The notes: a model not told the origin generated them from the sequence alone. Shown: positions 7,781 through 18,194, numbered from the stretch's first letter. The stretch is DNA of 64,000 nucleotides from Niameybacter sp. (GCF_036655075.1 NZ_JAVVQU010000002.1:94-64093); one strand, 5' to 3'. Numbers and translations: made by a program.

Positions 7781-8950
7781 TTATTTATGCGCTTCTAAAG
7801 CCCATTTTCTTTTCTTCTTTTTATACTCATACGCTCTATCAATATATACTTTAATTAATGCTGCTACAGGCGCAGATAAAATCATACCTACCCCACCGTA
7901 GTAACTGCCGCCTATAATGACTACAATCAAAATCCATACAGGTGGCAAGCCAATTTTATCTCCTACCACTTTAGGCTCAATAAAGTTTCCATCTATTTGT
8001 TGATAGAGCAAAAGTAAGATACATCCTGTCACTCCCAATGACACACTATCTAGTAAGCCTAGTACTAAGGCAAGGACAGCTCCCACCAATGGTCCTACAT
8101 AGGGAATCATATTAGTAATCCCAGCAACCGTTCCAATCAGTACAGCAAAAGGATGTCCAATCATCAGCATCAGTCCCGTAGAGATCGCCCCTACAATCAT
8201 GCCTGCAAAAATAGTACCTACTATAAATCCACCAAGAATTTCATTGATATCTTCTACAACCACTCGCACATAACGCTTGATGGTAGGTGAAAAAATTACA
8301 TCCCCAAAACGGTCTATAGCTGCAAAGAGACGTTCTTTATCTTTAAGAAAGTAAAAGGTTAAAATAAGGGTTGCAATAACATCAATAACCACTCCACTGA
8401 AATTACCTGCCAGCTTCCCAAGTGGCTCTGCCCATGTTAAGAGAAACTCCTTAGACTGTATGAGACTGCTCGTATCCATTCTAGTCTCTTCCAAAATATG
8501 AGTCAGTTCTAAAAGGCTTGTTTGCATGGATTCACCCATCTGGAGTTTGCTTGTAAGTACATTACGCACATTCTCGATAATAGGTGGTACTAAAAAATGC
8601 ACAAGGAGTATGAGTCCAATTCCTACCCCTATAAAAATGAGCGCAATACTTATAAGTCTTATGCCGAGGAAACCACCCTTATTTATATTTCCTTTAGTAT
8701 ATTTTTTATATATTCCTATTAATTTACTTTCTAAACAAATCATTGGGCGATACAAAATATACGCTAATGCTGAGGCATATAAAATAGGTGAAATCACATC
8801 CATAAACTTTCCTGTTTGATGAAGCAAGCTTTGCATGAGCATCCCACCATTTTTAAATAGACTATAGACCCCTAGTACAAGTACTACCATAATCAATAGA
8901 AACGTGCCCCATTCTATGTATTTTTTATATCTTGTCAACCATGTTTTCAT
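7781..8950 (-). CDS. AI-2E family (UPF0118/PerM/YtvI-like) integral membrane transporter
   Basis: 389 aa and multi-TM. The motif GITNMIPYVGPLVGAV..GNFIEPKVVGDKIGLPPV is characteristic of the family. Confidence 0.8.
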   Translation of the reverse strand: MKTWLTRYKKYIEWGTFLLIMVVLVLGVYSLFKNGGMLMQSLLHQTGKFMDVISPILYASALAYILYRPMICLESKLIGIYKKYTKGNINKGGFLGIRLISIALIFIGVGIGLILLVHFLVPPIIENVRNVLTSKLQMGESMQTSLLELTHILEETRMDTSSLIQSKEFLLTWAEPLGKLAGNFSGVVIDVIATLILTFYFLKDKERLFAAIDRFGDVIFSPTIKRYVRVVVEDINEILGGFIVGTIFAGMIVGAISTGLMLMIGHPFAVLIGTVAGITNMIPYVGPLVGAVLALVLGLLDSVSLGVTGCILLLLYQQIDGNFIEPKVVGDKIGLPPVWILIVVIIGGSYYGGVGMILSAPVAALIKVYIDRAYEYKKKKRKWALEAHK

Positions 8951-9118
8951 GCTATTTGATATCCTTTCTTTATGTATACACGTTATTATATACTATCACA
9001 AGCCCATTATCATCGTTTTTATGTTGTTTTATCTGCTTTATTCTTATTATCTTTTTTATAGGAACCTTTTAGTTCGTTCTTTCGTCTAATTGTTATTAAA
9101 GTCACAAGGAGGCACGTT

Positions 9119-9569
9119 ATGAAAAAACTATTATCTTTATTTTTACTAGGCTTTGTGGCCTTTTCTAACTTACCAACCTATGCCACACAAGTGCCTAGTA
9201 CAACTCAAGCCACTCCTGCTATAGATGCCCTCATCCTATTACACTGGCTGAAATGATGTATGGTATTATCAATGCGACGCAAGAAACTTTACACCCAATT
9301 ATGGATACCCATTATGCCTTACCTGCTATGCACACTTAAACAACTCACGTATTGAATCCACTGTCCAAGTTGGCTACGCGGCTTATGTCTACAGTAGTGT
9401 TCAAGCTATTGGCATGTCTGCACCCCTTAAACTTACTGTAGCACCACGCTTTATAGAGGGCACCCTCTATGTTCCTGTGGAATATTTTAGTCTGTTTGCT
9501 CATTTAAGTGAACAAACAGGTACACTTACCTTTAACCTTCGTTGGTGTATTCCCTTAGCCTTACTATGA
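9119..9569 (+). pseudogene. Decayed secreted-protein gene with a copper-amine-oxidase-N-like (stalk) domain and at least 2 frameshifts
   Basis: AAGGAGG RBS and signal peptide MKKLLSLFLLGFVAFSNLPTYA. The reading frame changes 2 to 1 to 3 (stops at 9254 and about 9343). The last frame reads VAPRFIEGTLYVPVEYFSLFAHL. Confidence 0.5.
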
Positions 9570-9592
9570 ATAAGTGGATAGGGCTCTATGCC

Positions 9593-9639
9593 AAAATAGC
9601 TCTAAAACTAATTGTTAATCTTAGTTTTAGAGCTATTTT
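9593..9639. terminator. Bidirectional terminator between the pseudogene and mobA
   Basis: Perfect 18-bp stem AAAATAGCTCTAAAACTA/TAGTTTTAGAGCTATTTT. Confidence 0.75.
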
Positions 9640-9679
9640 ATTGATAGCAGGTTATTTTCAGAAATTCTATTGCTATTTA

Positions 9680-10273
9680 TTAGAGGCTATCCCCTTTGAG
9701 TTTTGTATATTCCTCTGGTGTATTCACATTCATAACCACATTTTCAGCCATTCCCATCTCCTCTAGAGTCACATAACATACATGACTTTGTCTAAGGAGA
9801 TATTGAAGTCGATAATTTTTTTCTTCTATCATCTTTTTCATAAGGGGCAACATTTTTTTAGAATAAATACCTGCAGTGGCATAGGCACGTCCTTGCCTAT
9901 CTTGCACCATGACACCTTCCCATCTTTCATCTACATAACTCATTAACTTTTGAATAAAGCTTCGGTCTACGTGTGGCATATCACAGGCACAAACAAAAAG
10001 ATAAGGTTCTGGAATTTGACTTAAGGCTGTATAAATACCACCTAGTGGACCTATTTCCCTATATGCATCAATCAGTACGGGGTAATCTTCACAAGGTTTA
10101 TTGGCTTTACAATCTACTGAAAGATACACAGGTCCACAACTTTTTAGTTCTTCTACAAGTCCTTCCCAAAAGGGTACCCCTTTATAGGTCAACCACGCCT
10201 TATTTTGTCCCATTCGGCTACTTTTCCCACCCATAAGTAGCAACATAGCTATTGGATTATCTATTAATTTCAT
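9680..10273 (-). CDS. mobA: Molybdenum cofactor guanylyltransferase
   Basis: LLLMGGKSSRMGQNKAWL is an NTP-transferase motif. The protein is 197 aa and sits at the end of the Mo operon. Confidence 0.85.
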   Translation of the reverse strand: MKLIDNPIAMLLLMGGKSSRMGQNKAWLTYKGVPFWEGLVEELKSCGPVYLSVDCKANKPCEDYPVLIDAYREIGPLGGIYTALSQIPEPYLFVCACDMPHVDRSFIQKLMSYVDERWEGVMVQDRQGRAYATAGIYSKKMLPLMKKMIEEKNYRLQYLLRQSHVCYVTLEEMGMAENVVMNVNTPEEYTKLKGDSL

Positions 10274-10279
10274 CTTTGC

Positions 10280-11341
10280 TTACTCCTTTAAATACACCAC
10301 TTTTGATGGTTCGATGCCAAGTATCCCTCTATCTTCTAATAGATTAGGCATACCTTTTTGTAGGCTACATTCCAAATAGATTAACACAGCTTGCTGTGGA
10401 TTCATTTTTTGTATACCCATAGGTTTTAATACATAAATCATCTTATCTAGACTATCTATTTGGCGCACGATTTGGCACATGATTACATTTTCATCCCATG
10501 CTTCTTTTTTAAACATAAATGCATCTTGACCTAGAGCAATAAAATGCGTCCCCTCTGGAATAGGTGGTAACTGTGTTAACGTACATGCCCACTCTGGAAC
10601 ATAAAGTGCTTGCTCCCCTACTTGTTCAACCCTTACCATATTCTTAAAGCCACATATTCTGGCTTCGGCTCTTGTAGAAGGTGATGCAAAGACTTCTTTT
10701 TTGGGGCGAATCTCTGTAAGCTTCCCTCCCTGAATGACCCCTATATAGGTCGCTAAATGGTCTACTTCCTCTTGATTATGGGAGACGAATACAATAGGTT
10801 TAGCAAAAGCTCCCATCACCTCTAACATCACTTGCTCCAGTTCCCATTTTAAATAACTATCTAAAGCTGCAAAGGGTTCATCCAACAATAACACCTTTGG
10901 CTCTGCTGCCAACATTCGTGCAAGCGCTACTCTTTGCTGCTGTCCACCTGAAAGTTGGCTTGGATAATGCTTTTCTAAACCTTCTAATTGAAACAACTTG
11001 ATAAAGTTTGAAATTACTTGTGTGCTTTTAGACTTAGGTACACTGATTCCTATATTTTGTGCAACTGTCATATTGGGAAAAAGGGCATAGTTTTGGAACA
11101 AATAGCCTACACCACGTTCCTGAGGTGGTAAGTTTATATGTTGTTTGGAGTCATATAACACCTTTCCACCTAGTTCAATATATCCCCTATCTGGTGTTTC
11201 AATACCTGCAATGCATTTAAGGGTCATACTTTTTCCACAGCCTGATGCACCCAGTAAGGCTAGGACACCTTGCTCTGTTTCAAAGGCTACCTCTAGTAAA
11301 AAATCTCCCAACTGCTTCTCTATTTCTACAATGAGTTTCAT
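10280..11341 (-). CDS. modC: Molybdate ABC transporter ATP-binding protein
   Basis: Walker A GASGCGKS, signature LSGGQQQR, Walker B LLLDEP, and a C-terminal TOBE-like extension. It is downstream of modA and modB. Confidence 0.85.
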   Translation of the reverse strand: MKLIVEIEKQLGDFLLEVAFETEQGVLALLGASGCGKSMTLKCIAGIETPDRGYIELGGKVLYDSKQHINLPPQERGVGYLFQNYALFPNMTVAQNIGISVPKSKSTQVISNFIKLFQLEGLEKHYPSQLSGGQQQRVALARMLAAEPKVLLLDEPFAALDSYLKWELEQVMLEVMGAFAKPIVFVSHNQEEVDHLATYIGVIQGGKLTEIRPKKEVFASPSTRAEARICGFKNMVRVEQVGEQALYVPEWACTLTQLPPIPEGTHFIALGQDAFMFKKEAWDENVIMCQIVRQIDSLDKMIYVLKPMGIQKMNPQQAVLIYLECSLQKGMPNLLEDRGILGIEPSKVVYLKE

Positions 11342-12018
11342 TTTTTATTCCCTCCCTTTTTTAGCCATTGACCTTGCTGACTTTGTATGAGTTGTAACAA
11401 GACAATCGTACTAAAAGAAATGGCTACCATAATGCCTACCCATTCATAGGCACGGGCGCGGTCTCCATTTTGAACAGCTGTATAGACTGCTGTCGCCAAT
11501 GTCTGTGTTTTCCCTGGGATATTCCCAGCTAGCATAATAGTCGCACCAAATTCACCTAATGCTCTAGCAAAAGATAAAAGTGTCCCTGCCAATACCCCTC
11601 GCCAACAATTAGGAAGGATAATGCTATAAAAAATTTTTTTCTCTGAAAGGCCCAATGTTCTTGCTGCATCCACCCAATCCGGATTCACTTGTTCAAAAGC
11701 ACCTCTTGCTGTGCGATACATAATAGGAAAGGCCACTACCATAGCGGCAATGACCGTACCTGTCCAAGAAAAAACAATTTGAATGCCCCATTTTCCTAAC
11801 CATTCTCCAACTACACTCTGTTTGCCCAAAAGCTGTAGCAAGAAAAAGCCGACTACAGTAGGGGGCAATACCATCGGAAGTGTGAATACTGTGTCTACGA
11901 CAGTTTGCAGACGCTTTAATTTCATTGTCCACCTTGCAGCATAAATACCGATTAAAAAGGTAAGCAAAGTACTACAAAATGCTGTTTTTAAGGATAATAC
12001 CAAAGGGGTTCCATCCAT
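11338..12018 (-). CDS. modB: Molybdate ABC transporter permease
   Basis: 226 aa and multi-TM, with the EAA-type loop DAARTLGLSEKKIFYSIILP. Confidence 0.85.
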   Translation of the reverse strand: MDGTPLVLSLKTAFCSTLLTFLIGIYAARWTMKLKRLQTVVDTVFTLPMVLPPTVVGFFLLQLLGKQSVVGEWLGKWGIQIVFSWTGTVIAAMVVAFPIMYRTARGAFEQVNPDWVDAARTLGLSEKKIFYSIILPNCWRGVLAGTLLSFARALGEFGATIMLAGNIPGKTQTLATAVYTAVQNGDRARAYEWVGIMVAISFSTIVLLQLIQSQQGQWLKKGGNKK

Positions 12019-12032
12019 TATTTTTCCTCTTT

Positions 12033-12869
12033 CTATTTATTTTCCGTTTGATTGCTATAGGGCGTAAAACCATACTTTTCAAAAAGTGTATTAGCTTCTT
12101 TGGACTTCAAAAAGGTTAAGAAATCTTTAGCCGCTTGCTTATGCAGACTATCGGCTATAACCCCTGCTGGATAAATAACTTCATCTGTACTTAACGGGTC
12201 AGCTATAGCCACAACCTCTACCCGTTCTTCTATGGCTGCATCTGTTTGATACACAACACCGCAATCTACATTTTCTGTTGCTACCCAATCCAATACCTGC
12301 CTTACACTTGTTGCCAAGTTGGCTTTACCTAGTACCTCTTCCCACAGGCCTAACCTTTCATAAAGGGTTTTTGTATAGTCTCCTACTGGTACATTTTCAT
12401 TACCTACGGCAATCATTTCAACTTGCTCACTGATGACATCTTCAAATCCACTAAGACGTGGTGTATATCCTTTAGGCTGAATCAAGACAATCTGATTTTT
12501 TAGAAGCTTAATCACACTTTCAGCTTCTACCAGGCCTACTTGACTTAGGCTATTCATCTGCTTCATAGCAGCCGAAATAAAAACATCTGCTGGTGCGCCC
12601 TCTTCAATTTGCCTAGCAAGTGTCCCTGACGCATCAAAAGAAAAGTTAAGTTCTATCTCTGGTGCATAAGTCTGATATGCAGCCTCTACCTCACTGAGTA
12701 CATCGGATAAGCTAGAAGCAGCTAACACATAAAGTTCAACAGGCTCTATTTTTTCTGACTCAGGTAAAGATGCCTTTTGCACAGCACATCCAGCAAGAAA
12801 TGTACTGACTAAAAGAAGCCCTGTACACAAGGCACGTTTCACCTTGTCATTTCTTTTTATGCTTCGCAA
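12033..12869 (-). CDS. modA: Molybdate-binding lipoprotein
   Basis: Lipobox LAGC. AASSLSDV..FSFDASGTLARQIEEGAPADVFISA is typical of ModA. Confidence 0.85.
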   Translation of the reverse strand: MRSIKRNDKVKRALCTGLLLVSTFLAGCAVQKASLPESEKIEPVELYVLAASSLSDVLSEVEAAYQTYAPEIELNFSFDASGTLARQIEEGAPADVFISAAMKQMNSLSQVGLVEAESVIKLLKNQIVLIQPKGYTPRLSGFEDVISEQVEMIAVGNENVPVGDYTKTLYERLGLWEEVLGKANLATSVRQVLDWVATENVDCGVVYQTDAAIEERVEVVAIADPLSTDEVIYPAGVIADSLHKQAAKDFLTFLKSKEANTLFEKYGFTPYSNQTENK

Positions 12870-13306
12870 GGTGTGCCCTCTATACGCGTCATCTCCATAC
12901 CTACTTTTACTTTACCACCTTTAAGTACACGGCAAAACACACCTTCTCTAGGCATAATACAATCCCCCATCTTATGGAAGATTTGACAATGATTGTGACA
13001 TTTTTTCCCAATTTGAGTCAGTTCTAGACGTACCTCTCCACATTCAAACTGTGTGCCTACAGGTAAAGTCTTAAAGTCAAAACCTGCAACGACAAAGTTT
13101 TCACCAAATGCACCAAAGTCTACTTCTGCACCACGCTCACGGAATGCTTCTACTTGTTCATATGAAAGTAGACTAATTTGACGATGCCATTTTCCTGCAT
13201 GTGCATCCCCTTCCATCCCATGATCTTCTAAAATCATAATCTCATCTACTTCGTGTTTTTGTGTTCCTTTTTCTAAACTTGTACACACTGCCATTACTTT
13301 TCCCAT
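12857..13306 (-). CDS. MOSC domain-containing protein
   Basis: 149 aa. ILEDHGMEGDAHAG..RQISLLS..GENFVV..IGKKCH is a MOSC beta-barrel pattern. Confidence 0.7.
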   Translation of the reverse strand: MGKVMAVCTSLEKGTQKHEVDEIMILEDHGMEGDAHAGKWHRQISLLSYEQVEAFRERGAEVDFGAFGENFVVAGFDFKTLPVGTQFECGEVRLELTQIGKKCHNHCQIFHKMGDCIMPREGVFCRVLKGGKVKVGMEMTRIEGTPCEA

Positions 13307-13308
13307 TT

Positions 13309-13821
13309 TTATACCTTCTCTTTCATTTGTGAATTGATAAGCTGCTCTATATGTACGGCTATATCAGCTGCATCATTTAAGTCCCATACGGGTACACTTG
13401 GATGTTCAAAAGCAAAATCACTTGCAATGCCTATAAGTGTCTCCACTTTACACACACTTTCGTTAGAATTTCCATCTCTTATAATTTCAATTTTAGGGTA
13501 GTGGCTTCCTTTAAAGCCTTCTAATAGGATTAGGTCTGCTTCTGGAAAGCAAGCTATAAGTGCCTCTTCCTTTGTATGTTCTTGCCTTTTAACAATCATA
13601 TATTTATGGTCTGAGAAAATGGCCGTCCCATAAGCACCTGCTTCAAAATGTGCATAGGTATCTGTTCCTTTCACATCTGCCTCAAAATCATGTCCATCGT
13701 GTTTAATCGTGGCCACTTTTAGACCTTTTTTTGTGAATTCTGGAATCAACTTGGTAATCAAAGTTGTCTTACCTGAATTTTTCACGCCACTTATTGCAAA
13801 CAAATAAGGCGTTCTTTTCAT
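13309..13821 (-). CDS. mobB: Molybdopterin-guanine dinucleotide biosynthesis adapter protein B
   Basis: P-loop ISGVKNSGKTTL and ATIKHDGHDF. ATG 13821 has an AAGGTGA RBS; the track start at 13857 is TTG. Confidence 0.8.
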   Translation of the reverse strand: MKRTPYLFAISGVKNSGKTTLITKLIPEFTKKGLKVATIKHDGHDFEADVKGTDTYAHFEAGAYGTAIFSDHKYMIVKRQEHTKEEALIACFPEADLILLEGFKGSHYPKIEIIRDGNSNESVCKVETLIGIASDFAFEHPSVPVWDLNDAADIAVHIEQLINSQMKEKV

Positions 13822-13843
13822 ATGCTTCACCTTTTTATCAAAT

Positions 13844-15049
13844 TTAAAGGCGTACAACCGTAACGGTATCGCCTATTTCAAGTCCTGGTGTGCCAGGTGC
13901 TATTTCTACTAAACAATTACAGCCAAGCATGGAGGATAACACCCCGGATGCATGTAAGCCTTTTGGAAGGGTTATTTTCCCTTCTTGGTAAATGGCACGA
14001 ATATATCTGCGATTTTTACTTGCCTTAGGGAAAGCATCTTCCATGACACCTTTTACTAAAGTTGGGCATAACCCTTCATCATGACTCATCTTTGCTAACA
14101 ATGGGCGTGCAAGTAGTTCAAAAGTTGTAACCGCTCCAAAAGGATTCCCTGACAAACTTAGAATCGGTTTCCCTTGGTACAAGGAATAAATGACCGGTGT
14201 GCCTGGTTGTAATTTCACTTTCCAAAAGACACGCTCTGCACCAAGCTGTGGGAGTGCATCATGTAAGATATCTTTTTTCCCAACAGATACACCGCCTGTT
14301 GTTACGATTAAGTCTACATCTTTTTCTACTTGTTCCATAGCTGTAGCTACAGTCTTGGCATCGTCTTTTGGGGTAACAATATGGCGCACTTCTATGCCAA
14401 GCTCTAACATTCTTGCCACTAATAAAGATAAGTTACTATTATAGATTTTACCTGGTAAAAGGGGTTGGCCTGGTGGTGTCACCTCATCGCCTGTTGTCAA
14501 AAGTGCCACTTGTGGCTTTCTATAGACAGGTACTTGGTCATAACCCATACTGGCTAAAATGCCAATTTCAACGTAGCCAATCTTCATGCCTTGTGTGAGC
14601 AGCTGGTCGCCCTTTTTAAAGTCTTCACCTTGGTAACAGTAATTTGCATAAGGCTTGAGGGTCTCATACACTTCTACCACTTCTTCGCCATAGTTAGTAC
14701 TTTCTTGACGGACACAACAATTACACCCTTTTGGAATTGCTGCCCCTGTCATAATGCGTACAGCTTCCCCTGATTGGGGCCTCACCTTACTGGTACATCC
14801 TGCAAAAACCTCATCTACCACTTTAAGTGTTACTGGTTTTTCTTGGGATGCATCATAAATGTCTTCTGCTTGACAAGCATAGCCATCAATAGGCGAACGG
14901 TTAAACGGAGGTTGATCTATAGTTGACTTTTGATCTTTTGCCAAGATACGTCCTAAGCTTTTTAGTAAAGGAACGTTTTCGATTTCTACGATTTCATGTA
15001 CACTTTCCTTGATAAGGCTTAGGGCCTCTTCAACGGTTACACCCACCAT
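13844..15049 (-). CDS. moeA: Molybdopterin molybdenumtransferase
   Basis: 401 aa. PPFNRSPIDGYA, RIMTGAAIP and VTTGGVSVGKKD are MoeA motifs. Confidence 0.85.
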   Translation of the reverse strand: MVGVTVEEALSLIKESVHEIVEIENVPLLKSLGRILAKDQKSTIDQPPFNRSPIDGYACQAEDIYDASQEKPVTLKVVDEVFAGCTSKVRPQSGEAVRIMTGAAIPKGCNCCVRQESTNYGEEVVEVYETLKPYANYCYQGEDFKKGDQLLTQGMKIGYVEIGILASMGYDQVPVYRKPQVALLTTGDEVTPPGQPLLPGKIYNSNLSLLVARMLELGIEVRHIVTPKDDAKTVATAMEQVEKDVDLIVTTGGVSVGKKDILHDALPQLGAERVFWKVKLQPGTPVIYSLYQGKPILSLSGNPFGAVTTFELLARPLLAKMSHDEGLCPTLVKGVMEDAFPKASKNRRYIRAIYQEGKITLPKGLHASGVLSSMLGCNCLVEIAPGTPGLEIGDTVTVVRL

Positions 15050-15051
15050 CT

Positions 15052-16077
15052 TTATACCCCTTTCCCAAAGCTACAGTTTGGATAATGACAAGGTTTACAT
15101 CCTAAGCAGAGTCCACCATGTCCAAGTCGTGCAAAGTCTTTCTTTGTAAGCGTTACACCTGCTGCCACACGTGGTAAGATAAGGTCAAAGATGGTTGCCT
15201 TTGTATACATCACACACCCTGGTAGCCCCATAATAGGTGTGCCATCTGTAAAGTACCCCATCAAGAACATGGCACCTGGTAAAACAGGTGCGCCATAAGT
15301 CACAATTTGTGCGCCTGTCCCAGCAATAGCCCCTGGTGTTAAGTCATCAGGATCCACACTCATGCCACCTGTACAAATAATCAGTTCCATCCCTGCTTCT
15401 TTTAAAGCTAAAATAGCTGCTTGAATCTTTTTTTTATCATCATTGACTGTAATATGTTCTTCTACAGTCATCCCATATAGACTTAACTTTTCACGGATAA
15501 CAGGTGTAAAGGTATCTTGAATTCTGCCATAGTACACTTCACTTCCTGTCGTAACAATCCCAGCTTTTAATGGTCTATAAGGACGTAGACTTGCAAGAGG
15601 GGTCTCTCCTACAACTTTTACAGCCTCTTCCATCTTCACTTTTTCAATAACAAGTGGGATAACGCGCGTGCCAATAAGCTTATCCCCTTTTTGTACAGGC
15701 GAAAAATTATGGCGTGTTGCAATCATAATTTCATCTAAATCATTAACTGCTTCTAGACGCTTAGTATCAATGCAAAAAAGTCCCTCACATCCTGCTACAA
15801 GTTCAATCTTACCTTCTTTAACAGGTGTTGCTGTCATATGCTCATTTTGACATAAGTTACAAAGTATTTCAGCTGCTTCATTTTCGTGAAGTTTCGTTTC
15901 ATCTTTTTCCCATACGTAAAGGTGGTCTTTTCCTAAAGATAATAAAACGGGAATATCCGCTTCAGTTACCACATGTCCTTTACGAAAAGCCACATCTTTG
16001 ACCACATCTTTGACAATTTGTGTAATGTCGTGACAGATAATATGGCCTACTGCTTCTATCGTTTTAATCTGTCTCAT
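15052..16077 (-). CDS. MoeA-related molybdopterin-binding (MoCF_biosynth domain) protein with a Cys-rich C-terminus
   Basis: 341 aa. IVTTGSEV..ICTGGMSVDPDD is the MoCF-binding fold. The C-terminus is GGLCLGCKPCHYPNC. Confidence 0.65.
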   Translation of the reverse strand: MRQIKTIEAVGHIICHDITQIVKDVVKDVAFRKGHVVTEADIPVLLSLGKDHLYVWEKDETKLHENEAAEILCNLCQNEHMTATPVKEGKIELVAGCEGLFCIDTKRLEAVNDLDEIMIATRHNFSPVQKGDKLIGTRVIPLVIEKVKMEEAVKVVGETPLASLRPYRPLKAGIVTTGSEVYYGRIQDTFTPVIREKLSLYGMTVEEHITVNDDKKKIQAAILALKEAGMELIICTGGMSVDPDDLTPGAIAGTGAQIVTYGAPVLPGAMFLMGYFTDGTPIMGLPGCVMYTKATIFDLILPRVAAGVTLTKKDFARLGHGGLCLGCKPCHYPNCSFGKGV

Positions 16078-16089
16078 GTCTTTATCTCC

Positions 16090-16578
16090 TTATTTTCTTG
16101 CACAATTTTGAGCAGTGCCCATCAATATCTCAAGTCCATGTCCAATCTCTGGAAGGATATACTCTAAGCACTCACGAACTGCTTTAGGACTTCCTGGCAA
16201 ATTCACAATTAAAGTCTCCTTGCGAATCCCAGCTGCCGCTCGGCTGAGCATTGCTCTTTTTGTAAACTGCAAGCTATAAGCACGCATAGCTTCTGGAATA
16301 CCGGGTACGAGTCGCTCGGCAACTGTAAGGGTAGCTTCTGGCATACAATCTCTTTTAGAAAATCCTGTTCCGCCTGTTGTTAAAATCAGGTCTGCTTCTT
16401 GCTGATCTGCAAGATGTGCCATCGTCTCTGCTAACAATTGCTCCTCATCTGGAAGCAAAAGACGTGCAACCACTTCATAACCTGCTGCTTCAACCAGTTG
16501 TGCAATAACTGGTCCGCTTAAATCTTCTCGTTCACCTCTATATCCTGAATCACTTGATGTGATAATTGCAACACGCAT
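16090..16578 (-). CDS. mogA: Molybdenum cofactor biosynthesis protein (MogA/MoaB type adenylyltransferase)
   Basis: 162 aa. RVAIITSSDS and ILTTGGTGFSKRD are MogA/MoaB motifs. Confidence 0.8.
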   Translation of the reverse strand: MRVAIITSSDSGYRGEREDLSGPVIAQLVEAAGYEVVARLLLPDEEQLLAETMAHLADQQEADLILTTGGTGFSKRDCMPEATLTVAERLVPGIPEAMRAYSLQFTKRAMLSRAAAGIRKETLIVNLPGSPKAVRECLEYILPEIGHGLEILMGTAQNCARK

Positions 16579-16581
16579 TTC

Positions 16582-17565
16582 TCATCCTCCTATTTGCGAC
16601 ATACTGCGCTGTTCTTCTTGATCGATTTTAGTCTCATGAAAATGGTGACTTTCAGGCTTATGATAAATAGCTTCTTCTATCGCCTTTGTTAAAGTTTCAT
16701 CGCTCTCTCCTTGGCGAATAATACTTTTTAAGTCCACCCCTTTTTCATATTGCAAGCATGTCTTGAAATAACCCTCTGCCGTTAACCTTACGCGATTACA
16801 CGTTGCACAAAACTTATGGCTGATGGCACTAATAAATCCAATCTTACCTTCAAATCCCGGTAAATCATAATATTCACAAGGGCCTTCACCTAATGGTTTA
16901 TGATAAGGGGACATCTTTCCATAGGTATTTTCAAGGACTGCTTTCACCTCTTTTTGGCTACGAAATGGCAGGTCTTTGCCATAGCCTATAGGCATGACTT
17001 CAATAAAACGTATATGCACAGGTTGGGTTCTTGCAAGTTCCACTAAACGTGCAAAATCAGAGGTTTGAGTTGTAACAGGTACGCAATTAATTTTAACCGT
17101 TAACCCAGGGTACTTAGCTGCACTTTCAATCCCTTCTACAACCTCTTGTAAACCCTCTCTTCTTGTAATGCGCTTATACTCAGCCCTATCCAATGTATCT
17201 AAACTCACATTAATCCCATCAAGTCCTGCTTCAACTAAGTGGCTTAATTGTTTTTTGAGTAGTACACCATTGGTTGTAAGGGTTACTTTTTCAATTCCAG
17301 GAATGGCTTTAAGTGCTTTAATAAGCACATGGACATCTTTACGCACTAAAGGCTCTCCGCCTGTTAGTTTAATTTTTTTCATCCCTAATGTGGCACCTAC
17401 TGTACAAATCCTAATAATTTCTTCATAAGTCAGGATTTTATCTGAATGCATAAGTTCGATGCCTTCTTCGGGCATGCAATAGATGCATCGATTGTTGCAT
17501 TTATCCGTAAGTGATACACGTAAATAATCAATACCTCTACCTTGTCCATCTTTAATCATCGTCAT
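16582..17565 (-). CDS. moaA: GTP 3',8-cyclase (radical SAM)
   Basis: CNNRCIYCMP radical-SAM cluster and C-terminal CATCNRVRLTAEG. ATG 17565 has a GAAGGA RBS. Confidence 0.9.
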   Translation of the reverse strand: MTMIKDGQGRGIDYLRVSLTDKCNNRCIYCMPEEGIELMHSDKILTYEEIIRICTVGATLGMKKIKLTGGEPLVRKDVHVLIKALKAIPGIEKVTLTTNGVLLKKQLSHLVEAGLDGINVSLDTLDRAEYKRITRREGLQEVVEGIESAAKYPGLTVKINCVPVTTQTSDFARLVELARTQPVHIRFIEVMPIGYGKDLPFRSQKEVKAVLENTYGKMSPYHKPLGEGPCEYYDLPGFEGKIGFISAISHKFCATCNRVRLTAEGYFKTCLQYEKGVDLKSIIRQGESDETLTKAIEEAIYHKPESHHFHETKIDQEEQRSMSQIGG

Positions 17566-17566
17566 C

Positions 17567-18055
17567 TTATCCTTCTTTTTTATTAATGAAGTGGCCACTT
17601 TTACCACCTATCTTCTCTTCTAAATGGACCTGTGTAATCTCCATTGTTTTATCAATAGCTTTGCACATATCATAAATGGTTAAAAGAGCAATATTAACCC
17701 CTATAAGCGCTTCCATTTCTACACCCGTTTGCCCCTCGGTTTTCACTGTACAGCTTGCAGTGATTGCCAAGTTTTGTGCATCTATTTCAAAATCTACTTT
17801 GCATTTTTGAATCATTAAAGGATGACACATAGGAATCAGGTTAGAAGTTTGTTTAACCGCCATAATCCCAGCTACTCTTGCTACACCAAGGACATCACCT
17901 TTTTTTACGTTTCCTGCAAGGATTTGCTCCATAACTGCTAGATTGACAAGGATTTTCCCTTTTGCAGTAGCTGTTCTAGATGTATGGCCTTTTTCAGAAA
18001 CATCCACCATAATTGCATTGCCTTTTTCATCAAAATGGGTTAATTGCTCACTCAT
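17567..18055 (-). CDS. moaC: Cyclic pyranopterin monophosphate synthase
   Basis: [34 protein letters not shown] are MoaC motifs. The start is uncertain (18055 or 18088). Confidence 0.85.
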   Translation of the reverse strand: MSEQLTHFDEKGNAIMVDVSEKGHTSRTATAKGKILVNLAVMEQILAGNVKKGDVLGVARVAGIMAVKQTSNLIPMCHPLMIQKCKVDFEIDAQNLAITASCTVKTEGQTGVEMEALIGVNIALLTIYDMCKAIDKTMEITQVHLEEKIGGKSGHFINKKEG

Positions 18056-18194
18056 TCTTTTATCCGCTCGCTTTCTTAAACATAACATTAGTTATTTTTT
18101 TGTCACATGAAATGGATTATATCATTTATGTTAACGCTTTTCAACTTAGACAATTATTTCACAATATAGTTTTAGTTTACAGTTATGTTCTAAC

